A program made the translations under genes and the position numbers. The notes beneath the pieces are model-generated. The model was not told the origin of the DNA, did not search any database, and saw nothing but the letters and a program-made list of their open reading frames with translations. 64,000 nucleotides of DNA from the NCBI GenBank assembly GCA_965203485.1, contig OZ241892.1, positions 384,001 to 448,000 on the forward strand, in the 5' to 3' direction. The DNA is from Longimicrobiales bacterium. Lineage in GTDB: Bacteria; Gemmatimonadota; Gemmatimonadetes; Longimicrobiales; Gaopeijiaceae. Below are positions 27,650-37,117 of this stretch, piece by piece. Positions within the stretch are counted from its first letter, which is position 1. The number at the start of each line of letters is the position of its first letter.

Positions 27650-29319
27650 CTAGAGTCTGCAACGGGCTCCGGCCCCTGCCGGCCGGGGCGTCCCCATCCG
27701 CCGCCCCCCGGAGAGCGAATGCTGATCACGTCGCCCGCCCGGGCGCTCACCGTGGCCTTGCCGCGCAGGGTCGTCTCCTCGCCGCCGCGCACGAGCGCGT
27801 TGACGCCGGGCGCTCCGGCCTCTCCGCCTTGCGCGCCCGCGGGCCCGCGCGAACGCCGGTCGCACAGCAGCGTCACGGTTGCGTCGGCGAGAAGCATGAC
27901 GTCCCGGCGCAGCCCGTCGCCGCCCCGGTGGATCCCGCGCCCGCCCGTGTCCCGGCGAATCGAGTATCGAGTCACGCGAAACGGATACGAGTGCTCCAGC
28001 GCTTCGACCGGCGTGTTCAGGGAGTTGGACATGTGGCAGTGCACGCCCGAGAGGCCGGGCCCGCCGGGTCCCGCGCCCATTCCGCCGCCCACGGTCTCGT
28101 AGTAGGCGAAGGGACGGTGGGTCCGGGAATCGGTTCCGCCCATGGCGGTGTTGTTCATGGTTCCCTGCGACAGCGCAGGCATCAAGTTCGGGAGGGCGCG
28201 CGCGAACGCGAGCATGAGCACGTCGGTGATCCGCTGGCTGGTCTCCACGTTGCCGGCCGCCACCGAGGCCGGCGGCTGGGCGTTCACCAGCGAACCGGAC
28301 GGCATACGGAGCTCGACGGCGCTCATGGAGCCGCCGCCCGCCGGCAGGGTCTCGCCGAGGATCGCTTCCACGACGCACCGAACCACGTAGCGCGCTGCCG
28401 ACGAGGTGATGGCGGCAACGGCGTTCACGCCGCCGGCGGCTTGGGGCGCGGTTCCCGCAAAGTCCACGACGAGGCGAGAGCCGCTGACCGCCAGCGCCGC
28501 TTGAACTCGCAACGGGCCCGACCCGAAGCCGTCGTCGTCAAGGTGGTCCACCGCGCTGTACTCGCCGTCCGGGATGCGGGCCACGCCCGCTTCCACCAGG
28601 CGGTCCGCGTACGACACCAGCGCCGTCATGGCGGCCAGCGTCTGCGAGAGACCCCGCGAATCCACGATGTCCAGGAGACGGCGCCTGCCGGCGTGCAACG
28701 CGGCCATCTGCGCGTCGAGGTCGCCGGCCCGCTCGTTCGGGGTGCGCACGTTGGCGAGCAGCGTGCGCCAGAGATCCTCGTTGCGGACGCCCCGCTCGTA
28801 GAGCCGGACCGGCGGAATCCGCAGTCCCTCCTGAAAGATCTCGCGCGCCAAGGGCATCGAGCCCGGCGACATGCCGCCTACGTCCGAATGGTGGGCCCGC
28901 GACGCGACGAATCCAACCAGCGTGTCGTTGGGGGCGGCGCAATGGACGGGCGCTACGACGGTCACGTCGGGCAGGTGCGTGCCGCCGTCGAACGGATCGT
29001 TCAAGCACGCGACGTCGCCGGGCGCGAGCTCGCCGAGATTGTCGAGCGCGGCGGCCACGCTCATCGGCATGGCCCCGAGGTGCACCGGCATGTGGTCGCC
29101 CAGCGCCACGGCCGTGCCGTCGGCGTCGAACAGCGCACATGAGTAGTCCTGGCGTTCCTTGATGTTGGGCGAGAACGACGCCCGCTTGAGCGCGGCGCCC
29201 ATCTCCTCGGCGAGCGCCGTGAACAGATGGCGGAAGACTTCGAGGGCGACCGGGTCCACGGTTACGGTCTGGTCCTGTGCGCCAGGAGCGCCGCCACGGC
29301 GAGGCGCGGACTCAGTCAT
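27601..29319 (-). CDS. Hydantoinase B / 5-oxoprolinase subunit family protein
   Basis: EEMGAALKRASFSPNIKERQDYSCA, PVHLG, NDPFDGGTHLPD, HHSDVGG, GTMNN, NTPVEALE, SPGGGGWG. Confidence 0.92.
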   Translation of the reverse strand: MTESAPRRGGAPGAQDQTVTVDPVALEVFRHLFTALAEEMGAALKRASFSPNIKERQDYSCALFDADGTAVALGDHMPVHLGAMPMSVAAALDNLGELAPGDVACLNDPFDGGTHLPDVTVVAPVHCAAPNDTLVGFVASRAHHSDVGGMSPGSMPLAREIFQEGLRIPPVRLYERGVRNEDLWRTLLANVRTPNERAGDLDAQMAALHAGRRRLLDIVDSRGLSQTLAAMTALVSYADRLVEAGVARIPDGEYSAVDHLDDDGFGSGPLRVQAALAVSGSRLVVDFAGTAPQAAGGVNAVAAITSSAARYVVRCVVEAILGETLPAGGGSMSAVELRMPSGSLVNAQPPASVAAGNVETSQRITDVLMLAFARALPNLMPALSQGTMNNTAMGGTDSRTHRPFAYYETVGGGMGAGPGGPGLSGVHCHMSNSLNTPVEALEHSYPFRVTRYSIRRDTGGRGIHRGGDGLRRDVMLLADATVTLLCDRRSRGPAGAQGGEAGAPGVNALVRGGEETTLRGKATVSARAGDVISIRSPGGGGWGRPGRQGPEPVADSSCGQRRGRPGRRGTDA

Positions 29320-29639
29320 CGCCCGGCGACCGCCGCATGCGTCTTGGCCCGCCCCCGGACCGGCGCGCGCGGGCTCCGTCACGGGACGGCGCCGACTCTC
29401 TCGCGCCGCGGTCGGCCGGAGCACGCGGCTCGCCGCCGCGCGGAGAGTGGCTCCGTCGCAGGGGCGTGCCGGCTCGCCCACACCCCGATGCGCGGACCGT
29501 CTCACGCCGGAGGGGTTCCTTCATGGGCTTACGACCCTCGCCCGGTACGCGTGGCGCCGCGCCTCTTCCATGCTCGTTTCGTCATCTCTCGGAGGTCCTC
29601 GGCTTTGCTTCGTCCGGGTCTCGCGCGACCCGCCACCGC

Positions 29640-29820
29640 TCGCAGGCGCGCGAAAGGTACCGTGACGGCGCGCCTCGAAGGGAACGCGAACGGTTGCCAT
29701 CAATAACGGCGAAAGCCTTCGGGCGAGGCAAGAGCCGGGCGGGTCGGGGTTTCCTCGTGAACCCCCAGCCGCCCGAGGGAGCCGCCCGCCCTGACGGACT
29801 CCTGTTTGGGTTCGTCAGCG
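29640..29820 (+). ncRNA. Candidate structured RNA or cis-element (no known family recognised)
   Basis: Several stems with GAAA and UUCG tetraloops and G-U pairs inside a 700-bp intergenic region. Confidence 0.25.
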
Positions 29821-29925
29821 CGCGGGCCATGCAGGAGCCGCCCTTGCCCGCGCCCGCGGTCCGGTTGCGGGGGCGGCGTCGGTTGCCACGGGTCGTCCAT
29901 TCCCCGAGGGCGGCGCAATGGCGGA

Positions 29926-29955
29926 TTGCGCCTGCAGGCCGCTTCAACGTATGTT
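29926..29955 (+). promoter_or_regulatory. Candidate sigma70 promoter TTGCGC-N18-TATGTT
   Basis: Upstream of the co-directional run that starts at 30028. Confidence 0.35.
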
Positions 29956-30027
29956 CCAAGGTTGCCTTGCGGCCGGGCGGCGGATGCCGTGGCCGCTTCC
30001 ACACGTCAACCAACAAGGGGAAGTAAG

Positions 30028-30297
30028 GTGCCTAAGCAAGAACCGATGGACCGGGCGCGCGACGAATTGTTCAGCCACATTCATCGTTGCGGCGTCTTGG
30101 AAGCGAACGTGGACGACCAAGATTCATGGATGAACGAGACGATGGGGTATTTGGCCGAGCGGTACCCCGACCTGGGCGAGAAGGACCTGGTGCGTCTCAA
30201 GGCAGTGGGAATGCGTTTCTGCCAACCCGTCATATCGAGGCTGTCGCGCGACGAGGCTGCGGAGCACCCCGTGTTGGGACCCCCGAAGGAAGCATGA
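30028..30297 (+). CDS. Small conserved-looking hypothetical protein
   Basis: GTG start after AAGGGGAAG; globular composition (RARDELFSHIHRCGVL...YLAERYP...RFCQP); overlaps the next start (ATGA). Confidence 0.75.
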   Translation: MPKQEPMDRARDELFSHIHRCGVLEANVDDQDSWMNETMGYLAERYPDLGEKDLVRLKAVGMRFCQPVISRLSRDEAAEHPVLGPPKEA

Positions 30298-31421
30298 CAC
30301 CGAATTCTCCAGCTACGGAGCGCGCGATGAAGACGCGTCGAGACTTTCTGAAGGCTTCGGCGGGCGCCGGCTTGGGCGCGGCGGTCGTTGCCGGTGGAGC
30401 GAGGCCCTTGGCGGGCGCCCCTGCGGTTCTGAAGTTGCGCAAGGCCCCCGTGGCCGTGGCCAGCGCCAATGGGCTGGAGTCCGTGGCCACGGCCGTTGGG
30501 GTCGTCGCCGACGGCGGCGATGTGCTGGACGCGGTCGTGCAGGGCGTGAATTCGGTCGAGCTTGATCCGGGCGACGCCTCCGTGGGCTACGGCGGGTTGC
30601 CCAATGCCGACGGCGTCGTGCAGCTGGATTCGTCCGTCATGCACGGCCCCAGCCGCGGGGCGGGAGCCGTCGCGGCCTTGGAGGGAGTGAAGATGCCGTC
30701 GCGGGTCGCCGTCGACGTCATGCGGCACACGGACCACGTGTTGCTCGTGGGCAAGGGCGCCCAGCGCTTCGCCGTTTCCATGGGGCATCCGATCGAAGAC
30801 CTGCTGACCGAGCGGGCGCGTCGCCGTTGGATCGAGTGGCGTGCTCGCATGAGCGACCGGGACGACTACCTGACCGCCGAGGAATCGGGGTATCCGCCTC
30901 CGCCCCCCAGCGACACGGGCGAGCCGGTGGATCCCTTCGACTCGCACGACGGCGTTCGGCCCCACGGCACGATCAACTGCAACGTCGTGAACCAGGACGG
31001 CGACCTCGCGGGCGTCACCACGACGTCGGGACTGGCGTGGAAGATTCCCGGCCGGGTGGGCGACTCGCCGATCGTCGGCGCCGGCCTCTATGTCGACAAC
31101 GACGTCGGCGCCTGCGGTTCGACGGGGCGCGGCGAGGCTGTCATCAAGACATGCGGCTCGCACTCGGTGGTGGAAGCGATGCGCGCGGGGATGTCGCCCC
31201 AGGACGCGTGTCTGGAAGCGTTGCGCCGAATCGTCCGGTACACCGTCGAGCCCCGCCTCCAGGACGAACAAGGCCGGCCGAACTTCAACGTCAACTACTA
31301 CGCCGTGAACAAGAACGGAGACTACGGCGGAGCCGCCATCTGGTCTGGCGCGCGGTTCGCGGTTTGCGGAGACGACGAGGCCCGCCGGGAGGATTCGGCA
31401 TATCTCTTCGACCGCGGCTGA
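30294..31421 (+). CDS. N(4)-(beta-N-acetylglucosaminyl)-L-asparaginase / asparaginase-2 family, Tat-exported
   Basis: TRRDFLK Tat motif; SVGYGGLP, LDSSVM, HG|TI nucleophile, TTSGLAWKIPGRVGDSPIVGAG, STGRGE. Confidence 0.9.
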   Translation: MTPNSPATERAMKTRRDFLKASAGAGLGAAVVAGGARPLAGAPAVLKLRKAPVAVASANGLESVATAVGVVADGGDVLDAVVQGVNSVELDPGDASVGYGGLPNADGVVQLDSSVMHGPSRGAGAVAALEGVKMPSRVAVDVMRHTDHVLLVGKGAQRFAVSMGHPIEDLLTERARRRWIEWRARMSDRDDYLTAEESGYPPPPPSDTGEPVDPFDSHDGVRPHGTINCNVVNQDGDLAGVTTTSGLAWKIPGRVGDSPIVGAGLYVDNDVGACGSTGRGEAVIKTCGSHSVVEAMRAGMSPQDACLEALRRIVRYTVEPRLQDEQGRPNFNVNYYAVNKNGDYGGAAIWSGARFAVCGDDEARREDSAYLFDRG

Positions 31422-31428
31422 CGAGCGT

Positions 31429-32595
31429 GTGAGCGGCGGAGCCACCACGGCGACGAACCAGTCGGCGGACGACGAGGCCGGCGCCGCCCAATCCAGCCGG
31501 CCGGCCCGCAACGCCGCAAAGCCCAGCACGCCCAAGGCGAGGGCGTCCAAGTCCGCCGGCAAGTCCAAGGCGGCTAGGCCCAGCGTGCGCAGTGGCGTCG
31601 CGCCCAAGCCGAAGGCGAGCGCCAAGGCGGCGAAGCGCGCACCCAAGGCCAAGACTGCGACGACGGGCGCCAAGCCCAAGTCCCGCGGGCGCGCTTCCAC
31701 GTTCAGCGCCGCCGAGTCCAAGGCGAGCGCGAAGCCGACGACTGCCAAGAACACGCCGAGCTCCAAGAGGGCCGCGCCGAAGCCGTCCGCGAAGCCGAAG
31801 GTTGCCAAGGGGACGCCCGAGTCCGAGACGGACAAGCAGCCTCCTTTGGAAGCCAAGCCTGCCGGGGTTGCGTCGGCGTCGAAGGCGGCGAAGTCCAAGG
31901 CGGCGCCGAAGCCGTCCGCGAAGCCGAAGGTTGCCAAGGGGACGCCCGAGTCCGAGACGGACAAGCAGCCTCCTTTGGAAGCCAAGCTTGCCGGGGTTGC
32001 GTCGGCGTCGAAGGCGGCGAAGTCCAAGGCGGCGGCCAAGCCGTCCGCGAAGCCGAAGGTTGCCAAGCGCGCGTCCGGCTCCAAGGCCGTCAAGCCGAAG
32101 TCGGCTTCGAAGGCCAGCGCCGCCGAGTCCAAGGCGGGCGCCGAGTCCGGGCCCACCAAGCCCAGGGCCGCCCGCCGTCGATCCGCGCCCGCCGCCCGTA
32201 AGCCCAGACCCAAGTCCGCCCGGAAGCCCAAAGCCCCCAAGCCGCCCCGCATCGGCTTTGGCGCGCCGACGCTAGAGAGTCCGCGGGCCATGGAGCGGCT
32301 CTATTGCGGCGGCGGCCGGTTGCCGTCTCCCATGGGCGGCTCGCTAGCGGACTTGGGCGTGCGGATGGAGCCCGACGGTACGAGCACGGTTCTCTTCGAG
32401 TGCCGGGTCTCGGCCCTTCGCTTCGAGTTGCCGATGCGGATCAGCACGTGGCGCGAGCGGCGAAAGGTCAAGGTGCAGATGGAACAGGGAATGGAGCCGC
32501 GGTGCCCGCGCGGCGAGCCGGGCCCGCAGCTCGTCAGACGCCAGGACGTTTGGTTTTGCCCGCGTTGCAACATCAAATTCGGCAGAGCGACGTAA
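31429..32595 (+). CDS. Protein with a long Lys/Ala/Pro/Ser-rich histone-H1-like region and a C-terminal Cys-containing domain
   Basis: About 270 aa of KPxAK-type low complexity with strong AAG/GCC codon bias, then a globular domain ending CPRG...WFCPRCNIKFG. Confidence 0.7.
   Translation: MSGGATTATNQSADDEAGAAQSSRPARNAAKPSTPKARASKSAGKSKAARPSVRSGVAPKPKASAKAAKRAPKAKTATTGAKPKSRGRASTFSAAESKASAKPTTAKNTPSSKRAAPKPSAKPKVAKGTPESETDKQPPLEAKPAGVASASKAAKSKAAPKPSAKPKVAKGTPESETDKQPPLEAKLAGVASASKAAKSKAAAKPSAKPKVAKRASGSKAVKPKSASKASAAESKAGAESGPTKPRAARRRSAPAARKPRPKSARKPKAPKPPRIGFGAPTLESPRAMERLYCGGGRLPSPMGGSLADLGVRMEPDGTSTVLFECRVSALRFELPMRISTWRERRKVKVQMEQGMEPRCPRGEPGPQLVRRQDVWFCPRCNIKFGRAT
31774..32067 (+). repeat. 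In-frame 129-bp (43-aa) tandem repeat, two full copies plus a partial third
   Basis: GTTGCCAAG recurs at 31801, 31930 and 32059; the copies differ by very few bases (e.g. AAGCCT vs AAGCTT). Confidence 0.95.
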
Positions 32596-32605
32596 GTCTC
32601 CACCG

Positions 32606-33667
32606 ATGACCAAGCTCGCCGTGGTGGGCGGGGACGGAATTGGCCCGGAGGTCACGGAGGCGGCGGTTCTGGTCCTGGAGGCGGCCGCGGTGCGGTTCGG
32701 CGTGGCGTTGTCCATGGACCGCTGGGACCTGGGAGCCGAGCGTTTTCTGCGCGAGGGCGTGACCATCACGGACCGGGAGATGGACCGCCTCACCAGCGAG
32801 CACGCCTTGGCGCTGCTGGGAGCGCTCGGCGACCCGCGGGTTCCGGGCAACGAGCACGCGCGCGACATCCTTCTGGGACTGCGCCGCCGAGCCGACCTCT
32901 TCGTCAACCTTCGGCCCTGCAGGTTGCGCCTTCCGTCGCTGTGCCCGCTCAAGGACCCGGGCGGCCCGGTCGACATTGTCATTTTCCGCGAGAACACCGA
33001 GGGACTCTACGCCGGCTTGGGAGGCCGCTTCAAGCCGGGCACCAGCGACGAGATCGCCACTCAGGAGAGCGTCAACACGTACAAGGGCGTCGAGCGAATC
33101 GTGCGGGCGGCCTTCGACTACGCGGGCTCCAACGGGCGCGAGCGGGTGACGCTGGTCGACAAGGCGAACGCGCTCGTGCACGAGGGCTGCCTGTGGCGCC
33201 GCGTGTTCGCGGAGGTGGGCAGCCGGTTCCCGGGCGTCGAGCAGGAAGTGCAGTACGTGGACGCGACCGCGATGGAGATGGTTCGCCGGCCGGCCCGCTA
33301 CGACGTGATCGTCACGTCCAACCTGTTCGGCGACATCGTGAGCGACCTCGCGGCCCAAGTCACGGGAGGACTCGGCTTGGCTCCGTCGGCCAACCTCCAT
33401 CCGGGCGCGTGGGCCCTGTTCGAGCCCGTCCACGGCTCCGCGCCGGACATCGCGGGCACGGGCAAGGCTAATCCGGCCGGGGCCATCGCTTGCGGAGGGC
33501 TTATCTTCGAACATCTCAACCAGCCCGACGCGGCGGCCGCGGTGGAGAACGCCCTCTTGGCGTCCTTCCGCGCGGGCGTCGCAACGCCGGACTTGAACGG
33601 ACGCGCCACGACCCACGAGGTGGGCGAGTGGGTGGCGGCCCATATCCTCGAGGAGAAGTGCGCGTGA
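32606..33667 (+). CDS. leuB: 3-isopropylmalate dehydrogenase / isocitrate-isopropylmalate dehydrogenase family
   Basis: GDGIGPEV, NLRP, RENTEG, VDKANAL, NLFGDIVSD, FEPVHGSAPDIAG; no other leu genes adjacent. Confidence 0.8.
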   Translation: MTKLAVVGGDGIGPEVTEAAVLVLEAAAVRFGVALSMDRWDLGAERFLREGVTITDREMDRLTSEHALALLGALGDPRVPGNEHARDILLGLRRRADLFVNLRPCRLRLPSLCPLKDPGGPVDIVIFRENTEGLYAGLGGRFKPGTSDEIATQESVNTYKGVERIVRAAFDYAGSNGRERVTLVDKANALVHEGCLWRRVFAEVGSRFPGVEQEVQYVDATAMEMVRRPARYDVIVTSNLFGDIVSDLAAQVTGGLGLAPSANLHPGAWALFEPVHGSAPDIAGTGKANPAGAIACGGLIFEHLNQPDAAAAVENALLASFRAGVATPDLNGRATTHEVGEWVAAHILEEKCA

Positions 33668-34869
33668 CCACGAAGGACGCGACGAAGGACATCGTATTCC
33701 TGTCGGCGAGGCGCACGCCGTTCGGCACGTTCGGCGGCTCGCTCAAGGACTGGACGGCCACTGATCTGGGCGCGCATTCCGCGACGGCAGCGCTCGAGGC
33801 GGCGGGCGTCGAGCCGGGGGCCGTGGACCACGTCGTGTACGGCAACGCGCTCCAGACTTCGGCGGACGCGCTCTACTTGGCGCGGCACGTCGGTCTGCGG
33901 GCGGGCGTTCCCCAGGAAGCGGGGGCGCTCACGGTGAACCGCCTGTGCGGCTCGGGCTTCCAGGCCGTCGTCTCGGGCGCTCACGAGATGCTCGTGGACA
34001 GCGCGGACGTGGTGCTGTGCGGCGGCGCCGAGTCGATGAGCCAGGCGCCTCACGTGCTTCGGGGCGCCCGCTGGGGGTCTCTTCGCCTTGGGCCCGCGGC
34101 GGGCGCGTTGCAGGACCTGCTCTGGGAATCCCTGCTCGACACGAACTGCGGCCTGACGATGGCCGAGACGGCCGAGCGGCTGGCCGCAGAGTACGGCGTG
34201 ACCCGCGAGGAGGCGGACCAGGTGGCGCTCGACAGCCAGTCGCGCGCGCAATCCGCATGGGACGCGGGCCGCTACGAGGCCGAAGTCGCGCCGGTGACGA
34301 TCAAGACGCGCCGGGGCGAGAAGACGTTCGGGCGCGACGAACACATTCGCGCGGACGGCACGATCGAGGCGCTGGGCAAGCTCCGGCCCTACTTCAAGAA
34401 GGACGGCCTCGTGACGGCCGGCAACGCGAGCGGCATCGGCGACGGCGCGGCGTCGCTGGTTCTGGCCCGGCGCCGGTGGGCTGAGGCCAACGGCAGGGCT
34501 CCGATAGGCCGCTTGGTCGCATGGGGCTTCGTGGGCGTCGATCCTTCCGTCATGGGAATCGGTCCTGCGCCGGCGGCGAGGCTGGCGCTGAAGCGGGCCG
34601 GCCTTTCGCTCTCGGACATCGACTTGGTCGAGGTAAACGAGGCGTTCGCCCCGCAATACAAGGCCGTCGAGAAGGAGCTGGGGCTGGATCCGGAGCGGAC
34701 GAACGTGGACGGGGGCGCCATTGCGCTGACGCATCCGCTGGGCGCGTCGGGCGCGCGCATCGTGGTCCATCTTCTGCACGAGCTGCGTCGGCGCGGAGGA
34801 CGCTACGGGCTCGGGTCCGCGTGCATCGGCGGAGGCCAAGGCGGGGCGGTGATCGTCGAAGCGTGCTGA
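33664..34869 (+). CDS. Acetyl-CoA C-acyltransferase (thiolase)
   Basis: VNRLCGSG, TAGNASGIGDG, EVNEAFA, THPLGASG, ACIGGGQG. Confidence 0.93.
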   Translation: MTTKDATKDIVFLSARRTPFGTFGGSLKDWTATDLGAHSATAALEAAGVEPGAVDHVVYGNALQTSADALYLARHVGLRAGVPQEAGALTVNRLCGSGFQAVVSGAHEMLVDSADVVLCGGAESMSQAPHVLRGARWGSLRLGPAAGALQDLLWESLLDTNCGLTMAETAERLAAEYGVTREEADQVALDSQSRAQSAWDAGRYEAEVAPVTIKTRRGEKTFGRDEHIRADGTIEALGKLRPYFKKDGLVTAGNASGIGDGAASLVLARRRWAEANGRAPIGRLVAWGFVGVDPSVMGIGPAPAARLALKRAGLSLSDIDLVEVNEAFAPQYKAVEKELGLDPERTNVDGGAIALTHPLGASGARIVVHLLHELRRRGGRYGLGSACIGGGQGGAVIVEAC

Positions 34870-34990
34870 AGGACGAGGCGCGGCGCGACGGGGCCCGGCC
34901 AACCGTTGCGCCGCCAAGCGGGTTCTCGTCCGGCCGGGCGAGGCCCTGCCCAACCGGAATCGACAAGAGCACTCAAAGGAGAGCGGCGCG

Positions 34991-35869
34991 TTGAGCATAC
35001 GGACGGTGGGAGTGGCGGGTTGCGGGCTCATGGGGAGCGGGATCGCCGAAGTTGCGGCCAAGGCCGGATGCCGGGTGGTCGTGCGCGAGGTGGACGAAGC
35101 CGCGTTGCGGGCCGGCCGGGCCCGGGTCGAGAAGTCGCTTGCTCGCGCCGTGGCCAAGGGCAAGCTCGGGGAAGCGGAACGGGACGGCGCGTTGGCGCGG
35201 ACGATGTTCACGACCAAGCCGGGCGACTTCGCCGGGTGCGACTTGGTCGTCGAGGCGATCGTGGAGTCGCTGGATGCCAAGAACGCGCTGTTCGCCGAGC
35301 TGGACGATGTGTGCGGGCCGGAGACGATCTTCGCGTCCAACACCAGCTCGTTGCCGATCACCGACATGGCCGCGGCCACGTCGCGCGCCGACCGCTTCGT
35401 CGGACTGCACTTTTTCAATCCGGTGCCGGTGATGAAGCTGGTCGAAGTCGTGCGGACGATCGCCACCAGCAAGAAAACCTTCGACGCCGCGTTCGCGTTC
35501 TCCGAGGCCGTCGGAAAGGCGCCCGTCGCCGCCCGCGACAACTCCGGCTTCGTGGTCAATCTGCTGCTCGTTCCCTACATGCTCGATGCGATACGGCAAC
35601 TGGAGCGCGGCGTTGCAACCATCGAGGACATCGACAAGGCGATGACGCTGGGTTGCGGCTATCCGATGGGTCCGTTCACGCTGTGCGACTTCGTCGGCAT
35701 CGACACTTTGCAGAGGATCGCCGAGATCATGTTCGACGAATACCGGGAAGAACGGTACGCGCCGCCCCCGTTGCTCCGGCGCCTCGTCGCCATGGGGCGC
35801 TTCGGACGCAAGACGGGCGCCGGCTTCTACGAATGGACGCAAGACGGCCCGGTGGCGCTGGAACTGTAG
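34991..35869 (+). CDS. hbd: 3-hydroxybutyryl-CoA dehydrogenase
   Basis: GCGLMGSGIA, EAIVE, ASNTSS, GLHFFNPVPVM, GYPMGPF, GRKTGAGFY. Confidence 0.92.
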   Translation: MSIRTVGVAGCGLMGSGIAEVAAKAGCRVVVREVDEAALRAGRARVEKSLARAVAKGKLGEAERDGALARTMFTTKPGDFAGCDLVVEAIVESLDAKNALFAELDDVCGPETIFASNTSSLPITDMAAATSRADRFVGLHFFNPVPVMKLVEVVRTIATSKKTFDAAFAFSEAVGKAPVAARDNSGFVVNLLLVPYMLDAIRQLERGVATIEDIDKAMTLGCGYPMGPFTLCDFVGIDTLQRIAEIMFDEYREERYAPPPLLRRLVAMGRFGRKTGAGFYEWTQDGPVALEL

Positions 35870-36004
35870 CGCGCAAGTGTCGAGTCGGGCGCCGGAGCGG
35901 TCGATGAGCAACCTGCTCCTGGACTAACTTGGCGGGCGGGTGGCCCGCCAACTGACCCGAGGGAGAACCGGGCGCCGCCGAGATGCCGGCCGTCGGGACG
36001 GCGC

Positions 36005-36199
36005 CTAGCGGCGGCCCCTGCGTTGCCGGCGGCGTTCACGCCGAATCGCGGCCTCGCGCCTCCGCTTGCGCCTGGCGCTGGGCTTCTCGTAGAAGCGGCG
36101 CTTCCGAAGCTCCGAATAGAGCCCCGAACGCTGGACCTTTCGCTTGAACCTGCGAAGCGCGCGCTCCAGGGTCTCGTTTTCCTGTACGACGACTTCCAA
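36005..36199 (-). CDS. rpsU: 30S ribosomal protein S21
   Basis: [18 protein letters not shown]...RRFYEKPS...; TTG start at 36199. Confidence 0.95.
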   Translation of the reverse strand: MEVVVQENETLERALRRFKRKVQRSGLYSELRKRRFYEKPSARRKRRREAAIRRERRRQRRGRR

Positions 36200-36934
36200 G
36201 GATTGCCTTCCGTTCTGAATGCTGGTGGGCCGCCGGCGCCTCTGGGCCGAGGGCCAAGGAAGATAACGCGGACGCAGTTGCGCGCAAGCCGGCGGCGTCG
36301 CGCCCGGTATCGCACCAAAACAGAAATGCGGGCCGGCGCGCGCGAAGGGCGGCCCCAGAACTCCCGGCGACCGCCCGAGCTCCGCCTCGTCCAGACGATG
36401 CGAATGATCCGGCGCGCGCCGACAGTCGCCGTACACGCCGCCGCCGGGAGCCGGGGCGGCCTTCCGCGGATGGGCAGGGCGCCCCGTGTCCCGTTCCTGG
36501 GTCCGGCGGCCGCGCAGGCTCGGCTCGGGCGGCGTGGGATGTCCCCCGGGGCGCCGTGGGGGCTCGAGGGATGCCGTCGGGTCCGGCGCGACAGCGGACG
36601 ATTGGCGTCAAGGTCGGGGACTCCACGTGTTGGCCGGTGGCCCCAGGCAGCTCTTCGAGTCGCCATGGCCGTGCTTCCCCTCCCGTAGCCGTGGCTCTTC
36701 GGGGGCTGCACGGAGGCGCCGATCGGCGCCGAAATCGCCTCGCCGGAGAGAGGCGCGGGGCGTCTCGAAGCTGATCAATTTTTCGGAAAAATATGTTTCC
36801 TCCCTAGATGGCATATGCCGTGCAGGCCGGGCGGCTTCCGCGTATCAGTTCCGTATTTGGACGGAAACAAATGTGCATCGCGGATCACCTGGCGCGAAGC
36901 GGAAAACAACTGATTACGGACGTAGCTTGATTTC

Positions 36935-36965
36935 TCCTAAATCCTTGCTCAGCAACGATTTAGGA
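36935..36965. promoter_or_regulatory. 31-bp near-perfect palindrome in an AT-rich intergenic region
   Basis: TCCTAAATCCTTGCT-C-AGCAACGATTTAGGA: 15-bp arms with one mismatch. Confidence 0.6.
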
Positions 36966-37117
36966 TGATTTCGGACGCCCGGCTCGGCGATCGGCCCGAT
37001 TTGCGGGCGGCCGTCCGTTTGCCTATCGTTGGGACGCTTGCCGCCTCCGGTGGCCGCCACGAGGCGGTCGGTCGGCCCAAGACCCGAACACCCTCCTGCT
37101 TGAGAGCGAATTTGCGC

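Noticed and set aside
29460..29830. tmRNA, RNase P RNA, or SAM, c-di-GMP or c-di-AMP riboswitch
   Set aside because: Only partial resemblances; diagnostic elements (tRNA-like ends with tag ORF, GAGGAAAGUCC, full aptamer cores) are missing.
31774..32067. Tandem repeat as a CRISPR array
   Set aside because: The copies are contiguous 129-bp in-frame coding units with no unique spacers.
36740..36970. AT-rich region near recF-gyrB as oriC
   Set aside because: No DnaA boxes (TTATCCACA-like) seen, and dnaA/dnaN are not in the window.
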